64,000 nucleotides of DNA from Squalus acanthias (taxonomy: Eukaryota), in contig JASTWF010000345.1 of NCBI GenBank assembly GCA_030390025.1, positions 186,001 to 250,000 on the forward strand. Reading direction: 5' to 3'. The translations under genes and the position numbers were made by a program. A model generated the notes under the pieces. It searched no databases, had not been told where the DNA came from, and was given only the letters and a program-made list of their open reading frames with translations. Of this stretch, positions 13,093-26,433 are shown in pieces. Position 1 is the first letter of the stretch. The number at the start of each line of letters is the position of its first letter.

Positions 13093-13720
13093 TTACCAGG
13101 TTGCTCTGGCAGCCACATCAAACTCTTTTTTGCAGCCTCCTGTTCCTCTTGGTGGTCCCCTTGCTGTCCATGGGCCTTCCTTCTCTGGGGCCTCCATGAC
13201 GATGCTTCTTAGCCGGGAGAAGTTGTGTAGCAGCACATCGCTTGAAACCTTAGCCAAGTATTGCATGAAGCCCCTAGAACTGTCCAGGCACATGAAGCAC
13301 TGAAGTAAAGGTATTATGACTACTGGCTAGGAAGCGAGTATTGACTTGCATAATTCAGAGCTGATAGTTGCAAATAAGCTGCACATCCAGAGAGTGACAT
13401 CCTTTCTGATTCATGTAAGTACTTGCATTGAGCAGCAGAGGATGTGAGTCTACACAAGTGCAGTCTATAACCCCCTGGACCTTTTGAAATCCTACCATTC
13501 AGTAAAATTGCAAAGCCCTTTCACGCTGCTGCTGGTTGTCCATGGGGAAAGAGATGAAATTGGTGGCTTGAGCAAGTAAGTTGTCCATCACTTGCTTTAT
13601 ATGCCTGTGTGCTGTGGATTGACTAATGCGGGTAATGTTACCAGTGATACCTTGGAATGATGCAAAGGCTAAGCAGTTAGGAGCTATTAGGACCTTCACA
13701 ACCACTTGCCTATGGACCAG
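13093..13720 (-). pseudogene. Decayed Harbinger transposase fragment
   Basis: VKVLIAPN...SFQGITGNITRISQSTAHRHIKQV...FISFPM, KGCHSLDVQLIC and CLDSSRGFMQY align with the intact transposase at 34079-35239. Confidence 0.8.
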
Positions 13721-14367
13721 TTTGGCTGACTGTTATTTTGCAACTTATTCACATTCTCCCTTGTGTATCACAGCCTACTCAAACAGTTGGAGGTATGTGC
13801 TTCTAAATGTCATCTGACATTACTGACAGATTTCCTCTGATGTAGTTTAACCTGTCTGGCATCCCTCTTTTGGATCTTTTGTTCTTTCTCCAAAATACAA
13901 AGATTATGGGGAATCCCATGGGAAAACCCACTGGTGTACTATTCCAGCTGTTGGGAAAAATGGCTGTACCATAATTGGCATAAATTAATAAAGACTCCTG
14001 ATCATCTAAATGACAGCAGTCAAAAAAAAGAAAATTGACTGAGAAATGACTGAAAATTGCGCAAAGAATCTTCTGGGTCCCTAGCAACCATGGATGCCCA
14101 TTTTATATGGATGGGAAGATGAATCAGTGTTAGGCATGCACGAACATTTGGAAATTACACAGACATCTAAATTCATTAGGACAGCCTATTGAAATGAAGA
14201 CCCTGCCTATGCCCATGAAGCTCCCCCACCTGAAATGCACTTGTTGTACTGAATGGGTGGAGATCCTGTATTATGAATGTGCCCTCCTTTTTTCAATTGT
14301 ATACACCCACTTTACGCCCAAACTCACAGCAGCTCTATGGTCTTTCCCCATGCTAATGGCTGTGCAA

Positions 14368-14700
14368 GATCTTCTTAGGCAGTCCCTCGGAACCGAGGAT
14401 GACTTAAAGGGTGGAAGATGCCTGTGCGTGAATTCTTTTATCGAGGGGTGGCCATTGCACACCAGCTACCACACGGGCTTGACAGAGCAAGGTCTTGGTC
14501 CAATGGCAAGGGGATCCAAGATGATTGGAGACCAGGCTCTGCTACATCGGCCTAGCACACACACACAAACATACTCCTACTGTCATCCTCCCTCCTTCCC
14601 GCAGGTCCTCTCTGCCTGGGTTTCATAGGATGCAGTGTGATCCTCCCGACCTCGCTGTTGGCTCGTGCTGCACCTTCCCTGGGCCCCAACCCCACTGCTG
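14368..14700 (-). mobile_element. Probable non-autonomous RTE-type retroelement end
   Basis: Minus strand ends aagtcatcctcggttccgagggactgcctaagaaga, resembling RTE 3' ends (recalled similarity only). Confidence 0.45.
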
Positions 14701-15262
14701 GTCCACGCTGCGCGACTCCTGGGCCTCGACCACGCTGCTGGGCTCGTCCTCACTCCTGGGCCCCGTCCTCGCCCCTGGGCCTCGTCCTCGCTCCCGGGTC
14801 CCGACCTCGCTGCTCCTCCAGTCCCTGCTTCTGGGCCTCGACCACGCTGCTGGGCTCATCCTCGTTCCTGGGCCCCGTCCTCGCCCCTGGGCCTCGTCCT
14901 CGCTCCCGGGTCCCGACCTCGCTCCTGGGCCTCGTCCTCGCTCCTGGGTCCCGTCCTCGCTCCTGGGTCCCGTCCTCGTTCCTGGGTCCCGTCCTCGCTC
15001 CTGGGTCCCGACCTCGCTGCTCCTCCCATCCCTGCTCCTGGGCCTCGACCTCGCTCCTGGGCCTCGTCCTCGCTCCTGGGTCTCGGCCTCGCTGCTCCTC
15101 CCATCCCTGCTCCTGGGCCTCGTCCTCGCTCCTGGGTCTCGGCCTCGCTCCTGGGTCCCAACCTCACTGCTCCTCCCGTCCCTGCTCCTGGGCCTCGACC
15201 TCGCTCCTGGGCCTCGTCCTCGCTCCTGGGCCTCGTCCTCGCTCCTGGGTCCTGGCCTCGCT
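14700..15262. repeat. GC-rich degenerate minisatellite, 19-bp core (ctgggcctcgtcctcgctc) with longer variant units
   Basis: Direct tandem repetition. Explains the stop-free ORFs in several frames. Confidence 0.9.
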
Positions 15263-15601
15263 AGCTCGGGCAGACTAGCTAAAAGAGGATGCTGGGCTGA
15301 ATACATCAACAGTTTTGTTCAAGGATGCAATAGGTGACAAAGGTTCTCATGGTTATCCTGGACTACCTGGACCTCTTAGCTGTCGTTCTTCAGGCTCCAC
15401 CACTTAACTGACGTCACTTTTTCAGATGTAGAATTTTTTTCAGATTCTTCCCTGTGTCACAAACAAGTCTCTGCTCTCCGCCGCTTCTCCCACTGTTTAT
15501 GGCTGTACATGCTGAGGGAGTGCCCAGCAGCAATGGGCATGCCAGGAGCCAGCAGCACTTAAATAAAATGCTGTTCTTAACTGCCACAGGCAGAGCTAGT
15601 C

Positions 15602-15860
15602 CTAGAGGTGAACTGCAGATTGTCCTGTAAAAGACGACTCAACTGCCTCACTAGTGAATCTCAGTCTCCCGTGGCATAGCTCCACTGATATCCCAAGAAA
15701 TTGTCTCTGGGCCTGCACACCAATGTCATTGGGTAGGTCTTTCTGCACTACACTCACTCTCTTGTGGTGCAGGTGCTGTCTGTATTGTCGTTGCTGGTCC
15801 ATTTCCTCCTCATCCTCCACCTGGCAAGGAGCTACTGGAATCCCTAAAGGAGTGCACATG
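15602..15860 (-). pseudogene. Harbinger transposase N-terminal remnant
   Basis: ISVELCHGRLRFTSEAV resembles MSEELCLRRLRFSKEVV of the intact transposase. Confidence 0.55.
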
Positions 15861-16042
15861 ATGTGGGTCAGGTTGCACGGGCTGGATGTTTTGTGGTACA
15901 GAAGTAAAGTTCCCCAACAAATATGAATAAATGGCTGCTCTACTCAAAATTAAACAGATTGCAAGGCACAAAAATAAAAAAAAACCTTAGCTATACACAG
16001 AACAGGAAATACGTTCGGCAAAGTTGGATGCAAAGGTAAGCG

Positions 16043-18533
16043 GGGGGGGATTTTTCAGGGGGCGTTCGGTGGCGGGTCGGGTGGGAAAATTTTCTGTTTG
16101 ACATTGGGTCAAGAACCCGCTGTAAACCTGCCAACACGCGGCTTTCCCATATGTCAGGTCTGTCAGGGCTGAACAGACCCGACATGCAGTGGTGGGGGAG
16201 GCAATTCAGGTCATTATGACCTTGTTAACAGCCCATTAAAAAGTATTTTGAGCTCACCTTACCATTTTACGAGTTCACCCACGGGGTCCACGCTGCTCGG
16301 GGATCATATCAGGTAAACAGGTCGGGGGTTGTATGGCCATGGAATCATCTCATTATTTGACAGCTGCAAATGTGGTATAAAAGCTCTCATCTCACAGCTG
16401 TTCACTTTCCAAGCTGAGAAGCTGTTGCTTACTGCATTTGGAACACAGATTGAGCTTTATGCAGGTTGCAAGTGTTTGGAGCAAACTCTCTATCCAGTGT
16501 CACCTCATTGGAACTACCTCTCTCACCAATGACATCATGCTTCTGTCATCTCAAGTTCACCTGCCATCTATTACATCAGCATCAGTGCCCTTGAAACTAT
16601 CTCACCTTGGTCCTCAGAACCCCACCACGATCAGCCCCAACACCAGCAGCACCAGGCACACCAGCAGCACCAACAACAACACCAACCATCTCCACAATAA
16701 ACTGATGCTGCATAGGACAGAAGGCATCAGCACCCGACCACATTGCTGCCCGGGAGGCCAGGGATGGCCTCACCATGGCCAGATTTACTTCACTTGATGC
16801 TGTACACCCTGGCTGCCACATGATGCACCAGGTTGGCACCACCCCACACCAACACCATAATGCATCCCTACAATGCCCAAGCCATTCGTTTCACACTCAT
16901 CAGCATTGAGGGGGGTACCGTTATGCCTCACCATTCGCTGCAACTCACTAAGCCACTTCCAAAGGTGCACACAAATCTGTCCAAGAACGCAAAGTGTTGA
17001 AAATAAAGGTTTCAATGTTTGACAGCCCATTAACAGGAACTTTACATGAGCATTGGCTAAAACACACAAGTGCCTATGATTGGACTAGGATGAGGGTGAG
17101 TGTCAGGGGTGGCTAGTGAGATGGGGATTTGATAATATAGATAGAGGGGGATGGGTGGAGGTGCAAGGTAAATTGGTGTGAGTAAGGATGTGCAAGAGTC
17201 GGGTAGGGAAGGCAGAGTGATGGTGATATGATGAGTGGCACAGGAGGATGAGGTTGAGTGTGGCTTTGCAGTAACGTTTCGTGATCTACTGAGATCATTG
17301 AAAGGGTTGCTTCCGCCCATTGGAAGGGAAGAGAACCTCCCTGAGTGCTGTGACTCCCTCCATCTTCAGCTGTTTCATCAATGACCTTCCCTCCAACATA
17401 AGGTCAGAAATGGGGATGTTTGCTGATGACTGCACAGTGTTCAGTGCCATTCACAACTCCTCAGATAATGAAGCAGTCTATGCCCGCATGCAACAAGACC
17501 TGAACAACGTTCAGGCTTGGGCTGATAAGTGGCAGGTAACATTCGTGCCACAGAAGTGCCAGGCAATGACTATCTCCTTGACATTCAACAGCATTACCAT
17601 CGCCGAATCCCCCACCATCAACATCCTGAGGGTCACCATTGACCAGAAACTTAACTGGACCAGCCACATTAATACTGTGGCAACAAGAGCAGGTCAGAGG
17701 CTAGGTATTCTGCAGCGAGTGTCTCACCTCCTGACTCCCCAAAGCCTTTCCTCCATCTTCAAGGCACAAGTAAGGAGTGTGATGGAATACTCTCCACTTG
17801 CCTGGATGAGTACAGCTCCAACAACACTCAAGAAGCTCGACACCATCCAGGACAAAGCAGCTCGCTTGATTGGCACCCCATCCACCACCTTAAACATTTA
17901 CTCCCTCCACCACCGGCGTACCGTGGCTGCAATGTGTACCATCTACAAGATGCACTGCAGCAACTCGCCAAGGCTTCTTTGACAGCACCTCTCAAACCCG
18001 CGACCTCTTCCACCTAGAAGGACAAGGGCAGCAGGCGCATGGGAACACCACCAGCTCCAAGTCACACACCATCCTAACTTAGAAGTATATGATTGTTCCT
18101 TCATCGTCGCTGGGTCAAAATCCTGGAACTCCCTCCCTAACAGCACTGTGGGAGTACCTTCACCACACGGACTGCAGCGGTTCAAGAAGGCGGCTCACCA
18201 CCACCTTCTCAAGGGCAATTAGGGATGGGCAATAAATGCTGGCCTTGCCAGCGACGCCCACATTCCATAAACGAATAAAAAAAAATGCGCTGAGCAGGCT
18301 TAACAAGCCCAATCAACGTAAAATCATTCTATAGAGTGGGCTGGAACCAGCAGCGCAGTCGGGACCCGCCACCGACGTCGCCCGCTATAGACCCGCCGAG
18401 GTTGGCCAGTGCAGATCCAGTGCAAAACCGGGTGCCGGCCCCGAATTGGCGCCGAAACTGAAGCAGCAGTTTGCCGCTCCCTCTGTACCCAGCTTACCGG
18501 CACCACCAGCGCAAGGGAGCACAACTTCAGGCC
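16043..18533. mobile_element. Decayed Harbinger-type element interrupted by a LINE
   Basis: GC-rich arms with TIR-like ends (GGGGGGGATTTT / AACTTCAGGCCC). Myb-like FNDL remnant on the minus strand near 17290. Confidence 0.45.
17355..18284 (+). mobile_element. Zenon-like LINE, 5' truncated, with 3' tail and poly(A)
   Basis: ORF 17320-17982 (FADD, KAQVRSVMEY). Tail ...gcaataaatgctggccttgccagcgacgcccac...aataaaaaaaaa. Confidence 0.92.
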
Positions 18534-18829
18534 CTTTCTTCTAGTATGAACATAGTGGTCCAACAGTCCGGTAATGACTGCCTTTCAGAGTAAACAGAGT
18601 GCTTGGCACCTCACGAGGTCTTCAGTACATTACACCGTGGGTAAGGTCCCATTGTTAGTCCTGTGGCACACTCTCTCACTCACAGTATGGAGGCTGCTTT
18701 TGGAAGACGCCCTTTTGCCATGAACACAAGTTGAAAGTTTTGGAAGAAAATATGAACCATAACAATTGGGATAAACATTACTCACAGATCAAACAGATTG
18801 TTTAAAGTTTAACTATGAGTAATTTAATA

Positions 18830-19205
18830 GCATAGGGACAAGAGTAGGCCATTCAGTCCCCACCCCCTCCATCCCCTCCCCCCACAACCCGAGCCTATTT
18901 CACCATAAATTTAGATCATGGCTGACCTGAACCTCAACTCCATTTACCCACATATCCTGTGATACCCATACCTAATAAAACTCTGTTGACCTCAGTCTTT
19001 GACCCAACATCGACAGCCTTTTGGGGGACAGAGTTCCACCTTTCTACTGCCCCTTGTGTGAAAAGGTGCTTCCTGGTTTCATTCCAGAATGGCCTAGCTC
19101 TAATTTTAAGATTACACCCTGTTGTCCTGGATTCCCCCACCAGAGGAAATAGCTTCTCTGTATCTACTCTGTTGAATTCTTTTATCCTTCTCGATTAGAT
19201 CACCT
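18830..19205 (-). mobile_element. CR1 LINE 3' fragment
   Basis: GESRTTGCNLKIR...FTQGAVERWNSVPQKAV, the CR1 ORF2 C-terminus. Confidence 0.85.
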
Positions 19206-20342
19206 AGTTTACTAGAAGCTAGTGTGAGTAATAGAACTAAGAAAAGACATGGACAATCTGGACAGCAGAGGAATTAGGACAGCTTGAAAGAACTTTAAGT
19301 GAAAAACTAGCTGAGTAAAATGGAAACTGAAAAGACTGAGAGAAGCGTAGGGAGAGTTTCCTTATTCAAAATAAAGGTGAAGAAAAAACATTGCAAGACC
19401 AGGCACCTAGGATATTTTTACATATATTCTAGTAATAGTTAGAAGGTAGTATCATTAGAGGCCTGAAAACAGATTACCTCCCTGACTTTCAAACAGGAAA
19501 TAATATACAGCACAGGGAAATCTAAAGAGGAGAAAGGAAGAAAATAAAAAGCAACTTACGAGAAAAAAAAATTGTACATGTGTTCAGATAACTTTAAAAA
19601 CAGGATGTTTTTTCAGTGAAGGAGAGACTATGTGGTGACAGTGCAGGTAGGAATGAAGTGCTGTGGACCTTTTGGAAAGTTGGCATCACTTAAAAGTACA
19701 GTAGTACATTTGGAAGCCAAACATGTGTAAAACATTAGAATAATGGTAATGTTTGTAGTATGGTACTAATAAGTAATCTGGACAATCAGCACAAAATAAT
19801 AGACCGATGTTTGATCTGGAAACAATAGAGATTTTTATAATTAATCAGGCATGAGCTATGATTACTTGTTGACTATTAGGCAAAGTCAACAAAATAGTTC
19901 ACATTTTCAGCTTCTAGTGAGATAAAAAGAAGTAACAGCATCTGCTGGTGGCATGCACGATATCACAGCTCACGGGGTTAACAAACAAAATCAAGATCTT
20001 AATATTGCCATGAAACTTAAAATAAATATTATTGTATAACTTTGAACTCATGGACTAAATGGATTACACTAATTATCTTAAAGAGAATCACAAAGATTTT
20101 GCAACTATATCATCGTTTCAATACTTTGCTCGTAAACTCAGTGCTGGGCCCATGTGTGTTGAACCTTATAGAAACATAGAAAAATAGGAGCAGGAGTAGG
20201 CCATTCGGCCCTTCGAGCCTGCTCCGCCATTCAATATGATCATGGCTGATCCTCTATCTCAATACCATATTCCCCCTCTCTCCCCATACCCCTTGATGCC
20301 TTTTGTGTCTAGAAATCTATCTATCTCCTTCTTAAATATATT

Positions 20343-21957
20343 GGGCCAAAAATTCGGCACTTGCCGGGTGAGTACGCACTGTGTACTCACCCGCAAGGCC
20401 TCCTGAAGTGCCGGTTTCCTGCATGCACTGCGCATGCGCGGGAAACCGGAACTTCCGGTCTCGTGAAGGGAGCGGTTCAGAGGTGAACCGCGTGTGCGGT
20501 AGAGGCTGCGCGCACGCAGCAAACTTAGGTTTTTTTTCAGGTTTCTCCGGGAGGGTAAGTATTGAAGAACCTGCGCTTTTAAAAAGGAGGCGCAGGACCC
20601 GTTTTCAACAAGGTAAGTGGTTAATTAATTATAATTTAAAACATTTTTCAACAGGTTTATCTTTTTTAGATACTTTAAAGAAAGGTAAGTTAAAAAGGGG
20701 GGAAAATTCAGTTGCGCCCCATTTGGGGTGCAAATATCGGCCGGGCGCAAAGATTAGCGCCTGGCGCTAATTATCGCCACTGACTGCAAACTTGACTTTT
20801 ATCGCCCCTGGAGGTGATTGCAGCGCTAAATCAGGCGCTTCACACCTGTCTTAAGGCTCAAAGGCCGAGGAGCGAGGCGCTACCTCAGAGCGCTGGCGAA
20901 GCTCATGTAATGTCAGTCAGCAATGGAACACACACACAATGGCACGGGCCAGTTCTTAAAGGGGATGGTTAATCTTGCTTTCCATCCACATCCTGCTCAT
21001 TGCAGCGTTGAATCTCGGCCTGGAGAGACCTGCACATCAATTGTGCTGGAAAGAACAATGGAGAGTACCAGGCAAAGAGCTCAGAGTGCAGCCCCCACAG
21101 TCTCTGCTAAATCGATACAAGGAATGGCAAATCAAAATGAACCTGCAAAGTGCTGCTCAGTACCCAAAACTCCTTCACACAACATTGAATCTCTCCAGAA
21201 GTCTCTCTCTCTCTCTCTCAGAATGCGTAGTTCAAAAATGTCACCAACAATAAAAGGCAGGAAGCGGTCACCTTTAAATAGCGCTCCCCCTTTCCCTTCT
21301 TGACTGTAGAACGCTCCCCTCAACCTGTCGTTGCTAGCGTCAGGCGGTAAGGCAGGGGGCGCCACTCAATATCCGCTCCGGGGCGATACCGGGGCGTTGC
21401 GCACTCGAGTGACGTCATGATCTGCCGGCGCAGGAGATCGTGGCGGTAGTGTTTAGCGCCACCGCAAAATGTCTAATTAATTTCGCGAGCGGCGCAAACT
21501 TCGCCGCGCCTGGGTGCTAGATGCTTTGCGCCCCATTAGTGCCCTCTTAAGGCACTAACGGGAGGCGCAACCAACTGAATTTTCCCCCCAAAGTATATTA
21601 ATTTTTTCAAAAATTTAATTTTTTGTTTAAAGTAGTTAATTTATTTAACTTATAGTTATTTTAAAAATGTGATGGTTTTTAAAAAAAAATATTTTAAGTT
21701 TAGCTGTTCTTTTGGGGCCTGTCAAATCTATGAATGAAAGATGGTCTGCTGCCATTGGCTCTCCATGGCCCACGTGATCCCAGGGGACGCATCGCACTAA
21801 CTACGCCCCTGGGACACGCAAGCACTGCGCACCGGCAGTTGGAGCAGGCCCAGGAGCTGAAGTCCCCGTGGGCCAGAAGCAGAACGGCAGACGCGGTAGG
21901 TAAGTGCGCGCGCGATCCTTACCCCCGCGGCAAGCCGGAGAGGCGAATTTCTGGGCC
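20343..21957. mobile_element. Harbinger-type MITE, family B, inserted in CR1
   Basis: TIRs GGGCCAAAAATTCG / CGAATTTCTGGGCC and ATT TSD. Empty site visible at 61661-61680. Confidence 0.9.
20697..21589 (+). mobile_element. Harbinger MITE, family A, nested in MITE B
   Basis: TIRs GGGGGGAAAATTCAGTTG / CAACTGAATTTTCCCCCC and AAA TSD. Confidence 0.95.
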
Positions 21958-23928
21958 ATTCAGTGACTTGGCCTCCACAGCCTTCTGTGGTAGAGAATTC
22001 CACAGATTCACCACCCTCTGAGTGAAGAAATTTCTCCTCATCTCAGTCCTAAATGTCCTACCCTGTATCCTGAGACTGTGACCCCTCGTTCTCGAACCCC
22101 CAGCCAGAGGAAACATCCTCCCTGCATCCAGTCTGTTTAACCCTGTCAGAATTTTATACGTTTCAATGAGATCCCCTCTCATTCTTCTAATCTCGAGTGA
22201 ATACAGGCCTAGTTGACCCAATCTCTCCTCATACGACAGTCCTGCCATCCCAGGAATCAGTCTGGTGAACCTTCGCTGCACTCCCTCTATGGCAACTATA
22301 TCCTTTATTAGGTAAGGAGACCAAAACTGCACACAGTACTCCAGGTGTGGTCTCACCAAGGCCCTGTATAACTGTAGTAAGACATCTTTGCTCCTGTACT
22401 CAAATACCCTTGTAATGAAGGCCAACATACCATTTGCCTTCCTAACTGCTTGCTGCACCTGCATGTTTGCTTTCAGTGACTGGTGTACAAGGATACCCAG
22501 GTCCCTTTGTACATCAACATTTCCCAATCTATCACCATTTAAATAATACTCTGCCTTTCCGTTTTTTCTACCGAAGTGGATAACTTCACATTTATCCACA
22601 TTATACTGCATCTGCCATGTATTTACCCACTCACTCAACGTGTCTAAATCGCCTTGAAGCTTCTTTGCATCCTCTTCACAACTCACAATCCCACCTAGTT
22701 TTGTGTCGTCAGCAAACTTGGAAATATAACATTTGGTTCCCTCATCCAAATCATTGATATATATTGTGAATAGCTGGGGCCCAAGCACTGATCCCTGCGG
22801 TACCCCACTAGTCACCGCCTGCCACCCCGAAAAAGACCCATTTATTCCTACTCTCTGTTTCCTGTCTGTTAACCAATTTTCAATCCATGCCAGTATATTA
22901 CCCCCAATCCCATGTGTTTTCATTTTGCACACTAACCTCTTATGTGGGACTTTATCAAAGGCCTTCTGAAAATCTAAATACACCACATCCACTGGTTCTC
23001 CCTTATCTATTCTACCAGTTACATCCTCAAAAAACTCCAATAGGTTTGTCAAACACGATTTCCCTTTCATAAATCCATGTTGACTCTGTCTAATCCCATT
23101 GATATTTTCTAAGTGTCCTGTTATCACATCCTTTATAATAGACTCTAGCATTTTCCCTACTACTGATGTTAGGCTAACTGGTCTGTAGTTCCCCGTTTTC
23201 TCTCTCCCTCCTTTTTTAAATAGTGGGGTTACATTTGCCACCCTCCAATCTGCAGGAACTGTTCCATAATCTATAGAATTTTGGAAGATGACAACCAATG
23301 CATCCACTATTTCAATGGCTACCTCTTTTAGTACTCTGGGATGCAGATTATCAGGCCCTGGGAATTTATCAGCTTTCAGTCCCATTAATTTCTCCAGCAC
23401 TATTTTTTTACTAATACTAATTTCCTTTAATTCCTCCTTCTCACTAGACCCTTGGTTCCCGCGTATTTCTGGGAAGTTATTTGTGTCCTCTTCCGTGAAG
23501 ACAGAACCAAAGTATTTGTTTAATTGCTCTGCCATTTCCTTGTTCCCCATTATAAATTCTCTCATTTCTGACTGCAAGGGACCTACATTTGTCTTCACTA
23601 ATCTTTTTCTTTTTACATACTTGTAGAAGCTTTTACAGTCCGCTTTTATGTTCTTTGCAAGTTTACTCTCATACTCTATTTTTCCCCTCTTAATCAATCT
23701 CTTGGTCCTTTTTTGCTGAATTCTAAACTGCTCCCAATCCTCAGGCTTGCTACTTTTTCTGGCAACTTTGTATGACTCCTCTTTGGATCTAATACTATCC
23801 TTAATTTCTTTTGTTAGCCATGGTTGGGACGCTTTTCCTTTTGTGTTTTTGCGCCAGAAAGGAATGTATAAGTGTTGCAATTCGTGCATTCGTTCCTTAA
23901 ATGTTAGCCATTGCCTATCCACTGTCAT
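21958..23928 (-). CDS. CR1 ORF2 reverse transcriptase region (uninterrupted frame, partial)
   Basis: PGPDNLHPRVLKE, NYRPVSLTS, QHGF, LDFQKAFDKV, GVPQGSVLGP, FADDTK. Confidence 0.9.
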
Positions 23929-24775
23929 GCCTTTTAATGAAGCTCCTCAATCTATCATAGCCAACTCACTCCTCATACCATTGTAGTTTCTTTTGTTTAG
24001 ATTTAGGACCCTAGTTTCGGATTGGACTACTTCATTTTCCATCTTAATGAAGAATTCTATCATGTTATGGTCACTCTTCCCTAAAGGACCCCGCACAACA
24101 AGACTATTAATTAACCTCTTCTCATTGTTGACCTGGAGAAAACAAAAGAAATTTAGAAATTCCAGCCCTGGGAGGGGAAGCAGCTTCTGGTGAAGTAGTG
24201 TTTGGGGAGGGTTTGAATTTGGAATGGAACCTGGATCCGTTGGGTTTCTGGTCTATCTAAATTAAGTTTGAAAGTCTCACTGGGGTGGCACCTTTTCCTC
24301 TTTGACCAGATAGGGGCCTAGGGCTCTCCCAGGGTATCACTCCAGATTTCCAGTGGCACAGCAGGTCGGGCACCTCTGTTGTGCCTGACCCACCCTGATT
24401 ATTCTAATGACCCTACCCCTGTGCCTGGGAATGGGGTCATGGCAAGGTGAGTGAAAGTTCCACTCCTCGGCATTTCAGTGAATTTATGAAGCTCTAAGCT
24501 AAAATGCCCCCGAAGGCGCAACAAAAGAAATACACCAAAACATATTTGTCGGGAATTCTCTTGGGGGTTCTCTTGATTGGCCAGTGTAACTTTGGCAGGA
24601 GAGCAGTGGAAACCTTGTTTATGTGTCTATCTGGTGCTTCCGCCGATCCTCTGACAAAGTTACAACAGCCGACTGGGAGAACCCCCCACCAAGGAAATTC
24701 CCAGCCATAGATGTACAGACGTGTCAAAGTTGCATCTGCTCTGCAAAGTCTCTGCTCAAACACCTGCAGCAATGA

Positions 24776-24932
24776 TTTTTTTTAAATTCCTTCTTGGAAT
24801 GTGGGCATTGCTGGAAAGGCCGGCATTAAATGCCCATCCCGAGTTGCCCTGAGAAGGTGGCGGTGAACCGCTGCAGTCCGTTTGGTGAAGGTGCTCCCAC
24901 AATGCAGTTAGGTAGGGTATTCCAGGAGTTTC
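24776..24932 (-). mobile_element. Zenon-like LINE 3' tail fragment
   Basis: Reverse complement of the tail at 18120-18284. Confidence 0.8.
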
Positions 24933-25384
24933 CAACGATATTTAGCTTCTGTAGCTAGATTATTATACTTGTTCAATAACCTATGATGCGCTATGTAACA
25001 AACAAAAGTATTTATTTGATTCAAGTTATTTTGTTTAACTGTTTATAAGGAGGGCTCTGCTGATAGAGCTGATGATACATATTGTCACATTGCTTCCAGC
25101 ATGGTATTATCATACTGGTCCTGTCGCATCAGGTGGCGTTGCCTACATATCTGGATTCAACTTCTGTGGAAAATAGCTCAGACAGAAATGTATATTCTCT
25201 TCCGTTTAACCAACTCCATTTCCCTCAAGGTTGGCTTTTCTGGAGTATTTTGAGCAGAAGGTTACAGGATGCCTTTTACCATAATGTGAAGACAACTACA
25301 AGGACAAGCTAGGAACTATATATTTGAACAACCCTTTGAAAGGTCATGTGATCCCTGAAGCCTCTCTGAACACTCTAATTTATT

Positions 25385-25550
25385 CAAAAGCAAAATACTA
25401 CGGATGCTGGGAATCTGAAATAAAAACAGAAAATGCTGGAAATACTCAGAGTTCTGACGAAAGGTCATCGATCTGAAACATTAACTCTGTTTCTCTCTCC
25501 ACAGATGCTGCCTGACCTGCTGAGTATTTCCAGCATTTTCTATTTTTATT
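25385..25550 (+). mobile_element. Penelope-derived foldback repeat with hammerhead motif
   Basis: Inverted arms 25419-25449 / 25520-25550. Motif GAGTT-CTGACGA-A-AGGTC(ATC)GATCT-GAAA-CATT-AACTC at 25449-25487. Confidence 0.75.
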
Positions 25551-26433
25551 TAACTCTAATTTATTTTTCGTATTCCTTTTTTCTTTTCTTCCTGCCTCGA
25601 TGGTTCACCGCCCCTCCCAGCGCCGCCCCCCACCCCCCCACCCCCCAACGTATCCACTAAACAAATTTTAATTTCACGCCACTCTCTGAACTGCAGGTGG
25701 ATAGATATTGCCCTTCCGTGAACAACATTGGCAGCTATGTGCACCTCCAATGTTTTGGCTGTATTTATGCCGTTTAAGCTTAACAACTGCCCAAAATTTA
25801 TCATTCGAACTGCAATGTGAGGTTTTCATTTGTTCCCCATATGTGACATTACATCACTTTCTGTTGAGTTTCTCAGCCGAATAATACTTTCAATGGTGTC
25901 GTTCTGAAGTCCTGTTGCCTTGCATTGCTGTATCTGGTTGTGGTGAGGAGCAACAACTGAAAAATAAAAAGTTATAAAAAGAGTTGTGTTTTCATTCATT
26001 TACACATACAGATTTTTCACAATGAATATGCTTGGACTTATAAAACCACATTTTGTACATAGTCCCTTCAATTACTGGATCCAGGCAGCTATGATCTATT
26101 TTTCATAATAAATGAGTTTTGATCAGCTCATTTACCAAGTTTACATTCATAACTGCTATTAGCTGACTGTTTCTTCCAGTTGGTTGCCACTTTGGCTTCA
26201 ATAGTATTGGAATGTACACTTGCTCATTCTCAATAATAAATTATATTGTTTTATCCCTCTTATTTTTCATTCTAAAATTTCATATAATTAGGTTACAAGG
26301 AAGCCTCACATTACTGAGAGCAAAGTTACAGCGGAAATTAGGTTATGGATGTTGCTGGATCTTTGGCAAAGCAGAATAATAGAAACAGGCCTTTGGAGGT
26401 TCTAGGACCAGACTGCAGTCTATACCCAAACAG

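Larger units (their letters stand above)
20169..24128 (-). mobile_element. CR1 LINE, 5' truncated, interrupted near the ORF2 C-terminus by nested MITEs
   Basis: 669-aa ORF with RT motifs. ORF end (IFKKEIDRFLDTKGIKGYGE) and tail lie at 20169-20342 and match the uninterrupted copy at 61500-62606. Confidence 0.95.

Noticed and set aside
14525..15337. Long Pro/Arg/Ser-rich ORFs in several frames
   Set aside because: Artefact of a stop-free 19-bp GC-rich tandem repeat
20923..21303. Recurrent MEHTHNG... ORF (also at 4337, 39556, 43827) as a gene family
   Set aside because: Recurs because it lies in MITE copies. It spans UTRs and the deletion junction, and its length varies.
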